A stretch of DNA of 64,000 nt from Alphaproteobacteria bacterium. GTDB lineage: Bacteria > Pseudomonadota > Alphaproteobacteria > GCA-2731375. A model generated the notes under the pieces. The model did not search any database. It was not told the origin of the DNA and saw only the letters and a program-made list of their open reading frames with translations. Below, in pieces: positions 28,720 through 38,597 of the stretch. Made by a program: the position numbers and the translations under genes. Position 1 is the stretch's first letter; each line of letters opens with the position of its first letter. The stretch spans positions 96,001-160,000 of the forward strand of contig CBDDBZ010000036.1 in assembly GCA_965225945.1 (NCBI GenBank). The letters run 5' to 3'.

Positions 28720-29916
28720 GACGTTGAAAAGGCTGTAGGATTCCCGATTCACTCCACGACGAGTCAAGAGGGAAATCATGCGAGACAACCCGATCAACGC
28801 CCTGCGTGAGACGCTACGATGCGGCTTCGCCTTTCGCAAGAGCCGTCTGGAGAGCCTTTGCGTCTTGGTCTTCGGCGTGTTCGTCGCCCGGACGGTGAAC
28901 CTCTCTCACTTGGCCTGCCACTTTCCGGGGCGCGCGCGATCCAGCTCCAACTATCGGCGCCTGCAACGGTTTTTCGAGCAAGTCGATTTCGATTACGATC
29001 GCCTCGCCGAGTTCCTGGTCGCGATGATGGGGCTCCAGGCGGGGCCGTGGCGGCTGACCATGGACCGGACCAACTGGCGGCTGGGTCGCCGCGACGTCAA
29101 CATCTTGATGATCGGCATCGTCAACCGCGCCATCGCCATTCCCGTGTGCTGGCGGGTGCTCGACAAGGCGGGCAATTCCAATACCAAGGAGCGGATCGCG
29201 ATCCTCGAACACGTCCTCCGGCTCTTCGGGGTCGACAAGATCGCCAGCCTCCTGGCCGACCGGGAATTCATCGGCGACGCCTGGCTGGCATGGTTGCAGG
29301 AAAAGGCCATCCCCTTTCACATCCGCATCCGATCCAACATCAAGATCGCCAACACGCGTGGTCGCATGGTCAAGGCGAGGGAGCTGTTTCGCGACCTCAA
29401 ACCCGGGGAAAGCCGCATCCTCTCCAACGCCAGGCGCCTCTCGGAGGCCAGAAAACCCAAGGCCAGGCCCGTCTTCGTCGCCGCGCTCCATCTCAAGACC
29501 GGCGAAATGTTGATCGTCGTGACCAACGACGCGCCCGAGGAGGCCTTGGCCATCTACGCCCAGCGCTGGCAAAGCGAGACCCTCTTCGCCGCCTTGAAAA
29601 CCCGTGGCTTCAACCTCGAAGACACCCACATGACCGACCCGGAGCGCATCTCCAAGCTCACCGCCGTCCTTTCCATCACCTTCTGCTGGGCGCACAAAGT
29701 CGGCGATTGGCTCCACGAGGCCGAGCCGATCCGCCTCAAAACCCACAAAAGGATGGCAAAATCCATCTTCCGATACGGTTTCGAGTGGATAAGGCGACAG
29801 CTCGTCAATCCTATCGACAGGCGTCAAGCCATTGAGCTGATTCGTTTCCTCGTCCCCGGAAAACCACCAGTCCAGGTGCCCAGGCCAAAGCCAGCATGAA
29901 CGAGTCGTGTACTGTG
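28694..29916 (+). mobile_element. IS4 family element
   Basis: TIRs CATGGTACACGAC / GTCGTGTACTGTG; 9-bp TSD GTCTTTTTA. Confidence 0.92.
28778..29899 (+). CDS. IS4 family transposase
   Basis: MDRTNW, ADREF, YAQRWQSETLF...KTRGFNLEDTH. Confidence 0.92.
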   Translation: MRDNPINALRETLRCGFAFRKSRLESLCVLVFGVFVARTVNLSHLACHFPGRARSSSNYRRLQRFFEQVDFDYDRLAEFLVAMMGLQAGPWRLTMDRTNWRLGRRDVNILMIGIVNRAIAIPVCWRVLDKAGNSNTKERIAILEHVLRLFGVDKIASLLADREFIGDAWLAWLQEKAIPFHIRIRSNIKIANTRGRMVKARELFRDLKPGESRILSNARRLSEARKPKARPVFVAALHLKTGEMLIVVTNDAPEEALAIYAQRWQSETLFAALKTRGFNLEDTHMTDPERISKLTAVLSITFCWAHKVGDWLHEAEPIRLKTHKRMAKSIFRYGFEWIRRQLVNPIDRRQAIELIRFLVPGKPPVQVPRPKPA

Positions 29917-29947
29917 GTCTTTTTAACTAAACCGGGCTAAGAAGAGC

Positions 29948-29964
29948 GGGCGCCGAAGGCGCCC
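29948..29964 (+). terminator. GC hairpin after the original flagellin stop codon
   Basis: GGGCGCC-GAA-GGCGCCC; no clear U-tract. Confidence 0.4.
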
Positions 29965-29969
29965 CTCTA

Positions 29970-31148
29970 GTGTCCTGATCGATAAATTGATATGATTATG
30001 TCTCTATTTGTTTTCAGGAGGCGCGATTGATGGCGAGAGTGGCGGTGACGATCTCTTTGAGCGATGACGAGCGCGCCGAATTGGAGGCGCTGTCTCGTCG
30101 TCGCAAGACGTCGCAGGGGCTTGCGCGGCGGGCTCGGATCGTCTTGGCGGCGGCGGAAGGGTTGGAGAACAAGGAGATCGCCGTTCGTCTCGAGGCGAGC
30201 GCGGACACCGTGGGCAAGTGGCGTCGCCGCTATGCGGCGGAGGGCCTCGACGGTCTGTACGACGAACCCCGCCCCGGCGCGCCGCGTCAAATCGGCGATG
30301 ACGCCATCGCGGAAGCGGTCCGGCTGACGCTGGAAGAGACGCCGCCGGACGCGACCCATTGGAGCCTTCGCTCGATGGCGCGGGCGAGCGGCCACGCGCC
30401 CTCGACCATTCATCGCATCTGGCGGGCCTTCGGCTTGCAGCCGCATCGCTCGGAGACCTTCAAGCTGTCGAGCGATCCCTTCTTCGTGGAGAAGGTCCGC
30501 GACATCGTCGGTCTGTATTTGGCGCCGCCGGATCGTGCCCTGGTTCTCTGTGTCGACGAAAAGAGCCAGATCCAGGCCTTGGACCGTTCCCAGCCCCTCT
30601 TGCCGATGCGCCCCGGGCAGGCGGAGCGGCGCAGCCACGACTACAAGCGCCACGGCACGACCTCTCTCTTCGCGGCCCTCGACATCGCCACGGGAGAGAT
30701 CATCGGCAAATGTTTCCCGCGCCATCGGGCCCGAGAGTTCCGCAAATTCCTCGACCTCGTCGAGGCGAACGTCCCTGGTGATCTCGACATCCACATCGTC
30801 ATGGACAACTACGGGACCCACAAGACCAAGGCGATCCGCGACTGGTTCGCCAAACGGCCGCGCTGGCAGGCCCATTTCACACCCACCAGCGCCTCCTGGC
30901 TGAACCAGGTCGAGCGCTGGTTCGGGCTGCTGACCGACAAGCAGATCAGGCGCGGCGTCCATCGCTCCACCAAGGAGTTGGAGCGCACCATCCTCGACTA
31001 CATCGACACGACAAACCAGAACCCCAAACCCTTCAAATGGACCAAATCCGCCGATGACATCCTCGGCGCCATCCAGCGCTTCTGCCTCCGAACAATCGAA
31101 ATCGCTGAACAGCAGGCGAAAATCATGCGAACTTCGGAATCGGGACAC
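29970..31148 (+). mobile_element. IS630 family element
   Basis: GTGTCC...GGACAC ends, TA duplication within CTAG. Confidence 0.9.
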
Positions 31149-31151
31149 TAG
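30030..31151 (+). CDS. IS630 family transposase
   Basis: [37 protein letters not shown]. Confidence 0.95.
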   Translation: MARVAVTISLSDDERAELEALSRRRKTSQGLARRARIVLAAAEGLENKEIAVRLEASADTVGKWRRRYAAEGLDGLYDEPRPGAPRQIGDDAIAEAVRLTLEETPPDATHWSLRSMARASGHAPSTIHRIWRAFGLQPHRSETFKLSSDPFFVEKVRDIVGLYLAPPDRALVLCVDEKSQIQALDRSQPLLPMRPGQAERRSHDYKRHGTTSLFAALDIATGEIIGKCFPRHRAREFRKFLDLVEANVPGDLDIHIVMDNYGTHKTKAIRDWFAKRPRWQAHFTPTSASWLNQVERWFGLLTDKQIRRGVHRSTKELERTILDYIDTTNQNPKPFKWTKSADDILGAIQRFCLRTIEIAEQQAKIMRTSESGH

Positions 31152-32701
31152 CAGCCTGTCGGACTTGAGCCGAGGGGTGTGATCTGATTCGATGGCATCG
31201 GTTGATTCGCCCGCGATTGATGGAGGCCGTGATGAGCAACTTCCGAGCGGTGGACCGCGAGACGGGGTTTCTGCTGCCGCCGTCGGTGGATGAATGGCTT
31301 CCCGAGCGGCATCTGGCGCGCTTCGTGGTCGAGGTGATCGAGCAGTTGGACCTCTCGGCGTTCGTGAAGGCCTATCGCGGCTCGGGCTCGGCGTCCTATC
31401 ACCCGAGCGTGCTGCTGGGGCTTCTGGTCTACGGCTACGCCACGGGAGTGTTTTCGAGCCGCAAGCTGGAGCGCGCGACCTATGATTCGGTGGCCTTCCG
31501 CTTCATCGCCGCCAACGACCATCCCGACCACGACACCATCGCCAGCTTCCGGCGGCGCTTTCTCGTTTCGATCGAAGGGCTGTTCGTCGAGGTGCTGCTG
31601 CTGGCTCGGGAAACCGGGCTGCTGAAGCTGGGCACGGTGGCGCTGGACGGCACCAAGGTGCATGCCAACGCGAGCCGCCACAGTGCCTTGTCGTGGAAAC
31701 ACGCCTGCGAGATCGAAGCCCGGTTGAAGGCCGAGGTGGTGGAACTGATGAGGCTGGCGGAGGCGGCCGATGCGGCGGATGTGCCGGACGGGATGTCGGT
31801 ACCGGAAGAACTGGCCCGGCGCGAGGATCGTCTGGCCCGCATCGCCGAGGCCAAGGCGGCGATCGAGGCGCGGGCGCGCGAACGCCATGAGCGGGAGCGG
31901 GCCGAGTACGAGGCGAAGCTCCAGGCGCGCGCGGAGAAGGCCGGGAAGACGGGCCGCAAGCCGGGCGGCCGTCCGCCCAAGCCGCCGGTGGCCGGCGGTG
32001 GCTTCGAACAGTCTTACAACGCCCAGGCCACGGTGGCGGTCGACAGCCTGCTGGTGGTCACCAACGATGTGGTCCAGGCCCCCAACGACAAGCAACACAT
32101 CGAGCCGGCGCTGGAAGCGCTCGAGCGGCTCTCCGAGGCGCTGGGCGCGCCCGAGACCCTGCTGGCGGACAGCGGCTACTTCAGCGAGGCCAACGTGAAG
32201 GCCTGCGCCGAGGCCGGGATCGCGCCGCTGATCGCGCCCGCTCGGGAGCACCATCATCTCTCCTGGAAGGACCGCTTCGCCGGAGCACCGCCGCCCCCGG
32301 AGAACCCGACGCCGCTGGAAGCGATGCGCCATCGACTGGCCTCGCCCGAGGGCCGGCAACTCTACGCCCTGCGCAAGCAAACGCCGGAACCGGTGTTCGG
32401 CATCATCAAATCGGTGATGGGCTTCCGCCAGTTCTCGCTACGCGGCCTGGACAAGGTCAGGGGCGAATGGAACTTGGTGACCCTGGCTTGGAACATCAAA
32501 AGACTGTTCACCCTGCAATACGCGTGAGCAAGCGGCCCAACTCCGTGTCCTCGCGAAAGGGCCTAAAGTGTATGCTCGCCTCGCGATACACGCGAGCAAG
32601 CGGCCGGACGCCATGTCCTCACGAAAGATGCCCGAACCCATGACCTCTCCACATCCCGATCCGTCCACACCCCTTCTCGCGGACCTCAGTCCGACAGGCT
32701 G
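31152..32701 (+). mobile_element. IS1182 family element
   Basis: TIRs CAGCCTGTCGGACT / AGTCCGACAGGCTG; flanked by CTAG on both sides. Confidence 0.9.
31232..32527 (+). CDS. IS1182 family transposase (possible short internal deletion)
   Basis: SSRKLERAT, PDHDTIASFRR, LDGTKVHANAS, ADSGY, RKQTPEPVFGIIK. Confidence 0.9.
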   Translation: MSNFRAVDRETGFLLPPSVDEWLPERHLARFVVEVIEQLDLSAFVKAYRGSGSASYHPSVLLGLLVYGYATGVFSSRKLERATYDSVAFRFIAANDHPDHDTIASFRRRFLVSIEGLFVEVLLLARETGLLKLGTVALDGTKVHANASRHSALSWKHACEIEARLKAEVVELMRLAEAADAADVPDGMSVPEELARREDRLARIAEAKAAIEARARERHERERAEYEAKLQARAEKAGKTGRKPGGRPPKPPVAGGGFEQSYNAQATVAVDSLLVVTNDVVQAPNDKQHIEPALEALERLSEALGAPETLLADSGYFSEANVKACAEAGIAPLIAPAREHHHLSWKDRFAGAPPPPENPTPLEAMRHRLASPEGRQLYALRKQTPEPVFGIIKSVMGFRQFSLRGLDKVRGEWNLVTLAWNIKRLFTLQYA

Positions 32702-32727
32702 CTAGGCTCGGAAGAAAGGCTCCGAAG

Positions 32728-33153
32728 ATGGCACTCAAGCTAACGCTTTCGCCCAACGAGAAGTTGGTGGTCAATGGCGCGGTGATCCAGAATGGTGACC
32801 GCCGCGCCAGCGTCGTGATCCAGAACAAGGCCTCGATCCTGCGCGAGAAGGACATCCTGCTGCCCGAGCAGGCCGACACGCCCATGCGGCGGGTCTACTT
32901 CGCGATCATGATGATGTACCTCGACGAGAGGCAGCCGAAGCCGCACTTCGAGGAGTTCACGACGCGGATCACCGAGTTCATGAACGCGATCCACGATTCC
33001 GACGCGCTGGCCGGCTGTGTCGAGATCATCCAACTCGTGCACGACAAGGAGTACTACAAGGCGCTCCTGGCGTGCCGGCGGCTCTACGATTTCGAGGAAG
33101 CGAGGTTGAACTATGTCCCTCCAGACATATCAGCGGATTCAGAACGCCACTGA
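32728..33153 (+). CDS. flbT: Flagellar biosynthesis regulator FlbT
   Basis: MALKLTLSPNEKLVVNGAVIQNGDRR, ADTPMRRVYF, YYKAL. Confidence 0.93.
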   Translation: MALKLTLSPNEKLVVNGAVIQNGDRRASVVIQNKASILREKDILLPEQADTPMRRVYFAIMMMYLDERQPKPHFEEFTTRITEFMNAIHDSDALAGCVEIIQLVHDKEYYKALLACRRLYDFEEARLNYVPPDISADSERH

Positions 33154-33454
33154 GGACGGGCGGCGGACCGAGTACCGCCTTTTCGCCCTGGTGACCAAGT
33201 CACTGCGCGACGCCGCCGAGAGCGACGACCGCTCGGCCCGGACCAAGGCGCTGCATTGGAACCGTCGGCTCTGGCTGACGCTGCAGGCGGATTGCGCCAC
33301 CGACGACAACGGGCTTCCCGAGCCGGTTCGCGCCGGCATCATCTCGCTCGCCATCTGGGTCGACCGACATTCCCGCGAGGTGATGCGAGGCGAGAGCGAG
33401 TTCGGGCCCTTGATCGACATCAACCGGTCGATGATGGAGGGTCTATCCTCCTGA
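33113..33454 (+). CDS. flaF: Flagellar biosynthesis regulator FlaF
   Basis: RTEYRLF, ALHWNRRLW, NGLPEPVRAGIISLAIWV, LIDINRSMMEGL. Confidence 0.93.
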   Translation: MSLQTYQRIQNATEDGRRTEYRLFALVTKSLRDAAESDDRSARTKALHWNRRLWLTLQADCATDDNGLPEPVRAGIISLAIWVDRHSREVMRGESEFGPLIDINRSMMEGLSS

Positions 33455-33549
33455 CCGCCCGGCGCGCCGAACCCGGGGCGCCGCATTCTGGGTCGAACTC
33501 GTCGCCCACGAACTCGGCACCAACCGGGGGTGAGACGGCGCGCGCGGCC

Positions 33550-33870
33550 TCACTCGGCGGCGCGGCTGTCGGCCAACCCGTAGTCGCGATAGATCTCCGC
33601 GACCGAGATCCGATAATCGGCGAAGATCTCGCGCCGGCCGCGTTGCTGTGCCGCCTGGTGTTCGGCATGCGCGCGCCAAGTCTTCACCGCTTGCCTGTCC
33701 CGCCAGAAGGAGAGGGAGAGGAATTTTCCCGGCGTGGTCATGCTCTCGAAGCGTTCGACGGAGATGAAGCCGTCGATCCTCTCCAGCTCCGGGCGCAGCG
33801 TGGCCGCGATATCGAAATACTCGCCGGCGCGGCCGTCCTTGGGCGTCACCTGAAAGATCACCGCGATCAT
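33550..33870 (-). CDS. Antibiotic biosynthesis monooxygenase family protein
   Basis: MIAVIF, IDGFISVERFES, LSLSFWRD. Confidence 0.9.
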   Translation of the reverse strand: MIAVIFQVTPKDGRAGEYFDIAATLRPELERIDGFISVERFESMTTPGKFLSLSFWRDRQAVKTWRAHAEHQAAQQRGRREIFADYRISVAEIYRDYGLADSRAAE

Positions 33871-33899
33871 CGCCTTGGCTCCGCTTCGTTTTGAAGAAT

Positions 33900-35033
33900 T
33901 TACTGCCGTGCCGCCGTCGCGTCGAGGGCTCGACGCGGCGGCCGGTCGATGCCGCCGCCGAGGCTCGCGCGGTCGATCGCCACCGCCTTGACCACGGCGT
34001 GGACGGCCACGCCCGGGCGGATCGCCAACTCCTCCAGCGAGCGCCGCGTGATCCGGGCCCTGAGCGGCACGCCGATATCGACCAGGACGTCGACCTGCGG
34101 TCCCTCGGTGGCGCCGACCTCGATCACCTCGCCGGCGAAGACGTTGAGCACGCTGGAGCGTTCCGGCGGCATCAGGGCGAGGCTGACGTCCCGCGCGCGC
34201 ACCCGAACCCTGAGCCGGGCACCCGGGTCGAGATCGATCCGGGGGACCCAGAAACCGCCGCCGGGGAATCGGAGGTGGCTGAGGTCCCACCTCTCGTCGT
34301 GCGTCGCGACCTCGCAGGCGAAGGCGCTGCCGGCATCGAAGCGCCCGGTATCCGGTGTCAGGTCCAGTCGCGACAGCAGTTCCTCGACCCCGCCCTGGGC
34401 CGCGATCCGCCCCTCGGAGACCAGCACCAGCCGGTCGGCGAGGCGCAACACCTCCTCCATCGCGTGGGTGACGTAGACGATCGCCGTCGCCCCGCTCTCG
34501 GCCAGCCGCTCGATGAAAGGCAGAATCTCGTGCTTCAGCGCGGAATCGAGGCTGGCCAGCGGCTCGTCCATCAACAACACGCGCGGGCCGGCGAGCAACG
34601 CTCGACCGATCGCCACGCGTTGACGTTCGCCACCCGAGAGATCGGCTGGCCGTCTGGCCAGGAACGGCGCCAGGTCGAGCAGTCGGACAACCTCCCCGAA
34701 GTCGGCGCCAGGCGCGTCGCGCGGCGCGCGTCGGGCGCCGTAGCCGAGGTTCCGCGCCACCGTCATGTGGGGAAATAGCCGCGCGTCCTGGAAGACGTAG
34801 CCGAGGCGGCGGCGCTCCGGCGCGAGGTCGATGCCGCGATGCGAATCGAACAGGACGACGTCGTCGACCACCACCCGCCCGGCGGCCGGTCGCCTGAGCC
34901 CCGCCAGCGCCTCGACGATGCTGGTCTTGCCGGCGCCGGAGCGCCCGAATAGCGCCGTCACCCGCGCGTCGCTCTCGAATGTCGCGTCGAGTGCGAAATC
35001 GCCCCATCGCCCCGATATCTCCACCTCGAGCAT
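33900..35033 (-). CDS. modC: Molybdate ABC transporter ATP-binding protein
   Basis: GRSGAGKT, LSGGERQR, C-terminal TOBE domain. Confidence 0.93.
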   Translation of the reverse strand: MLEVEISGRWGDFALDATFESDARVTALFGRSGAGKTSIVEALAGLRRPAAGRVVVDDVVLFDSHRGIDLAPERRRLGYVFQDARLFPHMTVARNLGYGARRAPRDAPGADFGEVVRLLDLAPFLARRPADLSGGERQRVAIGRALLAGPRVLLMDEPLASLDSALKHEILPFIERLAESGATAIVYVTHAMEEVLRLADRLVLVSEGRIAAQGGVEELLSRLDLTPDTGRFDAGSAFACEVATHDERWDLSHLRFPGGGFWVPRIDLDPGARLRVRVRARDVSLALMPPERSSVLNVFAGEVIEVGATEGPQVDVLVDIGVPLRARITRRSLEELAIRPGVAVHAVVKAVAIDRASLGGGIDRPPRRALDATAARQ

Positions 35034-35035
35034 GA

Positions 35036-35731
35036 CTATCCTCCGAGCCGCCGGGCGAGCCGGCGCGCCAGCCATTCGGAGCCGGCGAGCGCGGCCACGG
35101 AAACCACGACCGAGATGACGACCAGCCGCGTCGCCGCGGTCTCGCCCTCCACTGTCTGCAACACCGAATAGATGGCGAGCGGGAGCGTGCGCGTCTCGCC
35201 CGGAATGTTGGCGGCGAAGGTGATGGTGGCGCCGAATTCGCCCAGGCAGCGGGCGAAACCGAGCACCGCGCCGGCGAGGACGCCGGGAAGCGTCAGCGGC
35301 AGCGTGATGGTGAGGAAGACGTCGAGGCGGCCGGCGCCGAGCGTGCGGGCCGCCGTTTCCAGCCGCCGGTCCACCGCCTCCAACGACAGGCGGATCGCCC
35401 GCACGATCAGCGGGAAGGCCATGATGCCGGCGGCGAGCGCCGCGCCGGTCCAAGTGAAGATCAGCGTGACGCCTAGGCTTTCGTGCAGCCATGCGCCGAG
35501 GATGCCGTTCCGCCCGAAGCTCACGATCAACAGATAGCCGACCACCACCGGCGGCAACACCAGGGGCAGGTGAATCACGCCGTCGAGCAGGCTCTTTCCC
35601 GGGAACTCGAGCCGTGCCAGCACCACGGCCGCCAGCAGCGCCAGCGGCAAGGCCACGCCGACCGCCACGACCGACACCTTCGCCGACAGCGCGAGAACCT
35701 CGATCTCGCCGGCGGTCATACCAACCGCCAT
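35036..35731 (-). CDS. modB: Molybdate ABC transporter permease
   Basis: HLPLVLPPVVVGY, FARCLGEFGATITFA. Confidence 0.93.
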   Translation of the reverse strand: MAVGMTAGEIEVLALSAKVSVVAVGVALPLALLAAVVLARLEFPGKSLLDGVIHLPLVLPPVVVGYLLIVSFGRNGILGAWLHESLGVTLIFTWTGAALAAGIMAFPLIVRAIRLSLEAVDRRLETAARTLGAGRLDVFLTITLPLTLPGVLAGAVLGFARCLGEFGATITFAANIPGETRTLPLAIYSVLQTVEGETAATRLVVISVVVSVAALAGSEWLARRLARRLGG

Positions 35732-35749
35732 AAATGGCGACTCCCCGCG

Positions 35750-36049
35750 CCGCCCCGCTCCCCGGTCTTCTCCCCTGGCCAAACCACCCGTGAGTCTTTG
35801 TCGCCACGCTGGCACGTGGCATGGCCCGGCCAGCCCGCCCCCCCGCCCGACGGGTTATTCGTCGCCACGCGTGCGCGTGGCATGGCCCGGCCGGCCCGCT
35901 CCCCCGCCCAACCACCCGAGCGCGCCGGCCGGGCCGATCCCGACTCGCCGCCGGGGCCTCCCGCTCCTGGGTGGTTGGGCGGGGGAGCGGGAGGCCCCGG
36001 CGGGCCGCGCGAGCGGCCATCGACAAAGAACGCCGGCGGAGCGGGGCGG
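35750..36049. repeat. Structured GC-rich intergenic repeat mosaic between modA and modB
   Basis: Direct repeats at 35800-35848 and 35861-35909; inverted repeats of 23, 17 and 12 bp. Confidence 0.7.
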
Positions 36050-36088
36050 TCAGGACTTACGTCGGTTGGGATCAATTCGAGTCCCCGT

Positions 36089-36871
36089 TCAATCGCCGTC
36101 CGCGACGGCTATGAAGCCGTGTCGGCGGTAGACCTCCCGGGCCTCCGCCGAGACGAGAAAGGCCATGAAGGCCGGCGCCCGAGGGTGCTCGCCGCCCTCG
36201 ATCCGTGCCGCCGGATAGACGATCGGCGGGTGCGCCTCTCGGGGGAGGCGATAGGCAATCCGAACCGCCGTCGTCACCCGTGCGTCGGTCTCGTAGACGA
36301 TCCCCGCCGGCACCTCGGCCCTCGCGACCAAGGCCAGGGCCTCGCGTACCGAGCCCATGGGCGCGAGCCTGTCGACAAGCCCGCGCCAGAGGCCGAAGTG
36401 GCGCAGCGCCGCCTCGGCGTAACGTCCGGCGGGCACGTGGTCGGGATCGCCGATCGCCAGGCGGCCGTCGCCCAAGGCTTCGGCGAATGCCTCGCCTCGG
36501 CTCGGATGCGGAAATTCCCCTCGACGCTTGCTGGGCACGGCGACGACGAGACGATTGCGGAAGAGATCGCGTCGGCTGGCGGGGCGGATCGCGCCGCGAG
36601 CGGCCAAGTGATCCATCCAGGCGGCATCGGCCGAGATGTAGACGTCGGCCGGCGCGCCGCCCAGGATCTGGCGGGCGAGCGTGGAAGAGGCGGCGAAGTT
36701 GGTGCGCACCGCCGGGCCGCCCCGATCCTCGAAGCGCCGGGCGAGCGCGCTCACGACCTCGGTGGTGCTGGCCGCCGCGAAGACGGTGATCGGTTCCGCC
36801 TGCGCTTCGCCGGCGAGAATCGCGATGGCCAGGACGAGCGGCGCGAGGAGCGGCTTACTCGGTCCCGCCAT
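36089..36871 (-). CDS. modA: Molybdate ABC transporter substrate-binding protein
   Basis: [37 protein letters not shown]. Confidence 0.93.
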   Translation of the reverse strand: MAGPSKPLLAPLVLAIAILAGEAQAEPITVFAAASTTEVVSALARRFEDRGGPAVRTNFAASSTLARQILGGAPADVYISADAAWMDHLAARGAIRPASRRDLFRNRLVVAVPSKRRGEFPHPSRGEAFAEALGDGRLAIGDPDHVPAGRYAEAALRHFGLWRGLVDRLAPMGSVREALALVARAEVPAGIVYETDARVTTAVRIAYRLPREAHPPIVYPAARIEGGEHPRAPAFMAFLVSAEAREVYRRHGFIAVADGD

Positions 36872-37277
36872 ACAGCTCCTCCGGCGGTACGACGACCTCG
36901 GCGATCGTGCGCAGTTTCCCCTCGCGCGGCGCCCGGAAGAAACAGCTTCGCCGCCCGGTGTGGCAGGCGACGCCCCGCTGATGGACCTTGAGCAGGACGG
37001 TGTCGCCATCGCAATCGAGCAGCAGGTCGACGACCGTCTGGGTCTGGCCCGAGCTCTCGCCCTTGCGCCAGAGTGTGCGGCGGGTTCGGGACCAATAGCA
37101 GGCACGGCCGGTGCGAAGCGTCTCCTCCAACGCCTCGCGGTTCATCCAGGCCATCATCAGGACCTGGCCGGTATCGGCCGCCTGGGCGATGGCCGGCACC
37201 AGGCCCTCCGCGTCGAAGGCGACCGCCGCCACCGTCTCGGCGATGCCGGCTTCGCTTGTGTCGAGGGGCGTGCTCAT
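36855..37277 (-). CDS. hisI: Phosphoribosyl-AMP cyclohydrolase
   Basis: [29 protein letters not shown]. Confidence 0.95.
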   Translation of the reverse strand: MSTPLDTSEAGIAETVAAVAFDAEGLVPAIAQAADTGQVLMMAWMNREALEETLRTGRACYWSRTRRTLWRKGESSGQTQTVVDLLLDCDGDTVLLKVHQRGVACHTGRRSCFFRAPREGKLRTIAEVVVPPEELYGGTE

Positions 37278-37296
37278 CGCTGACGCGTCTCCGTCC

Positions 37297-38472
37297 TCAG
37301 GCGGCGGCCCGCATCTGCTGGAATCCGGCCTCGAGGTCCAGGATCAGGTCCTCGACCGCCTCCAGCCCGGCGTGGAAGCGGAGCGTCGGCCCGGGATGGG
37401 GCCAGGCGGTGACGGAGCGCATGTCGTTGGGGTGCGTTACCAGGATCAAGCTCTCGTATCCGCCCCAGGAGGCACCGAGGTGGAAGAACCGCAACCGATC
37501 GACGAAGGCGGTCAAGGCTTGCTTGGAAAGCGGCTTCAAGGTCACGCCGAAGAGTCCGCTGGCGCCGAGAAAGTCGCGCTGCCAGATCTGGTGTCCCGGA
37601 TCTCTCGGATGGCCCGGATACATCACGCATTCGACCTCCGGGCGGGACCAGAACCAGTCGGCGAGCGCGAGCGCGTTCTCGGCGTGGCGCTGCAGGCGGA
37701 CGGCGAGGGTGCGGGCGCCGCGCTGGCCCAGATAAACGTCGTCCGGCCCCGCGCACTGACCGAGGTCGGTGGTGCATTCCGCCAACAGGGGCCAGGCCGC
37801 TTCGCTGGAGCTGGCGATGCCGAGCATGGCGTCGGAATGGCCCACGAGATACTTGGTCGCGGCGTGGATCGACACATCGATACCGTGCTGGAAGGGTTTG
37901 AAGAAGAGCGGCGAGGCCCAGGTGTTGTCCATCATCACCGTGGCCTCCTTGGCGCGGCCGAGGGCGGCCAGGCGCGGCACGTCCATCATCTCGAAGGTGA
38001 GCGAGCCCGGCGCTTCCAGGTAGAGCGCCTTGGTGTTCGGCTGAAAGAGAGCCTCGACCTCCTCCGGCCGGAGCGGATCGAAGAAGCTATGCGTGACGCC
38101 GAAGCGGGTGAGGAAGCGTTGGCAAAGGCGGCGGCACGGCCCATAGACGTTGTCGGCGACGAGGATGTGGTCGCCGGCGTTCAGATAGGCGGTCAGTACC
38201 GTGGCGATGGCCGCGATGCCCGAGGGAAAGAGCCGCGCCCGGTGTCCGCCCTCGAGCTCGGTCACGAAGTCCTCGAGCGCGAAGCTGGTCGGCGTGCCGG
38301 AGCGCCCGTAGAAGGTGCCGCGCTCGCCCGCTTCGCGCCGCCGCCGCGAGTCCTCCCATTCGCCGAGGGTCCGCGAAACGATGGTGGAGGCGTGATAGAC
38401 GGGCGGGTTGACCGCGCCCTCGTAGTTCTCCGGGTGACGGCCGGCGACGACGATCTTGCTTTCGTCCTTCAT
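37297..38472 (-). CDS. metC: Cystathionine beta-lyase
   Basis: [43 protein letters not shown]. Confidence 0.92.
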   Translation of the reverse strand: MKDESKIVVAGRHPENYEGAVNPPVYHASTIVSRTLGEWEDSRRRREAGERGTFYGRSGTPTSFALEDFVTELEGGHRARLFPSGIAAIATVLTAYLNAGDHILVADNVYGPCRRLCQRFLTRFGVTHSFFDPLRPEEVEALFQPNTKALYLEAPGSLTFEMMDVPRLAALGRAKEATVMMDNTWASPLFFKPFQHGIDVSIHAATKYLVGHSDAMLGIASSSEAAWPLLAECTTDLGQCAGPDDVYLGQRGARTLAVRLQRHAENALALADWFWSRPEVECVMYPGHPRDPGHQIWQRDFLGASGLFGVTLKPLSKQALTAFVDRLRFFHLGASWGGYESLILVTHPNDMRSVTAWPHPGPTLRFHAGLEAVEDLILDLEAGFQQMRAAA

Positions 38473-38597
38473 CTTCACTCCATGATGTTCGCGCGCTCCT
38501 TCGAGGCCGCGCATCTTACGCTCCAGCGCGTCCGATCGAGGCCGCGCATCCTACGCCCTTGGGCGCCGGGCGTCAGGCGCGAATATCGTCTCGGCCC

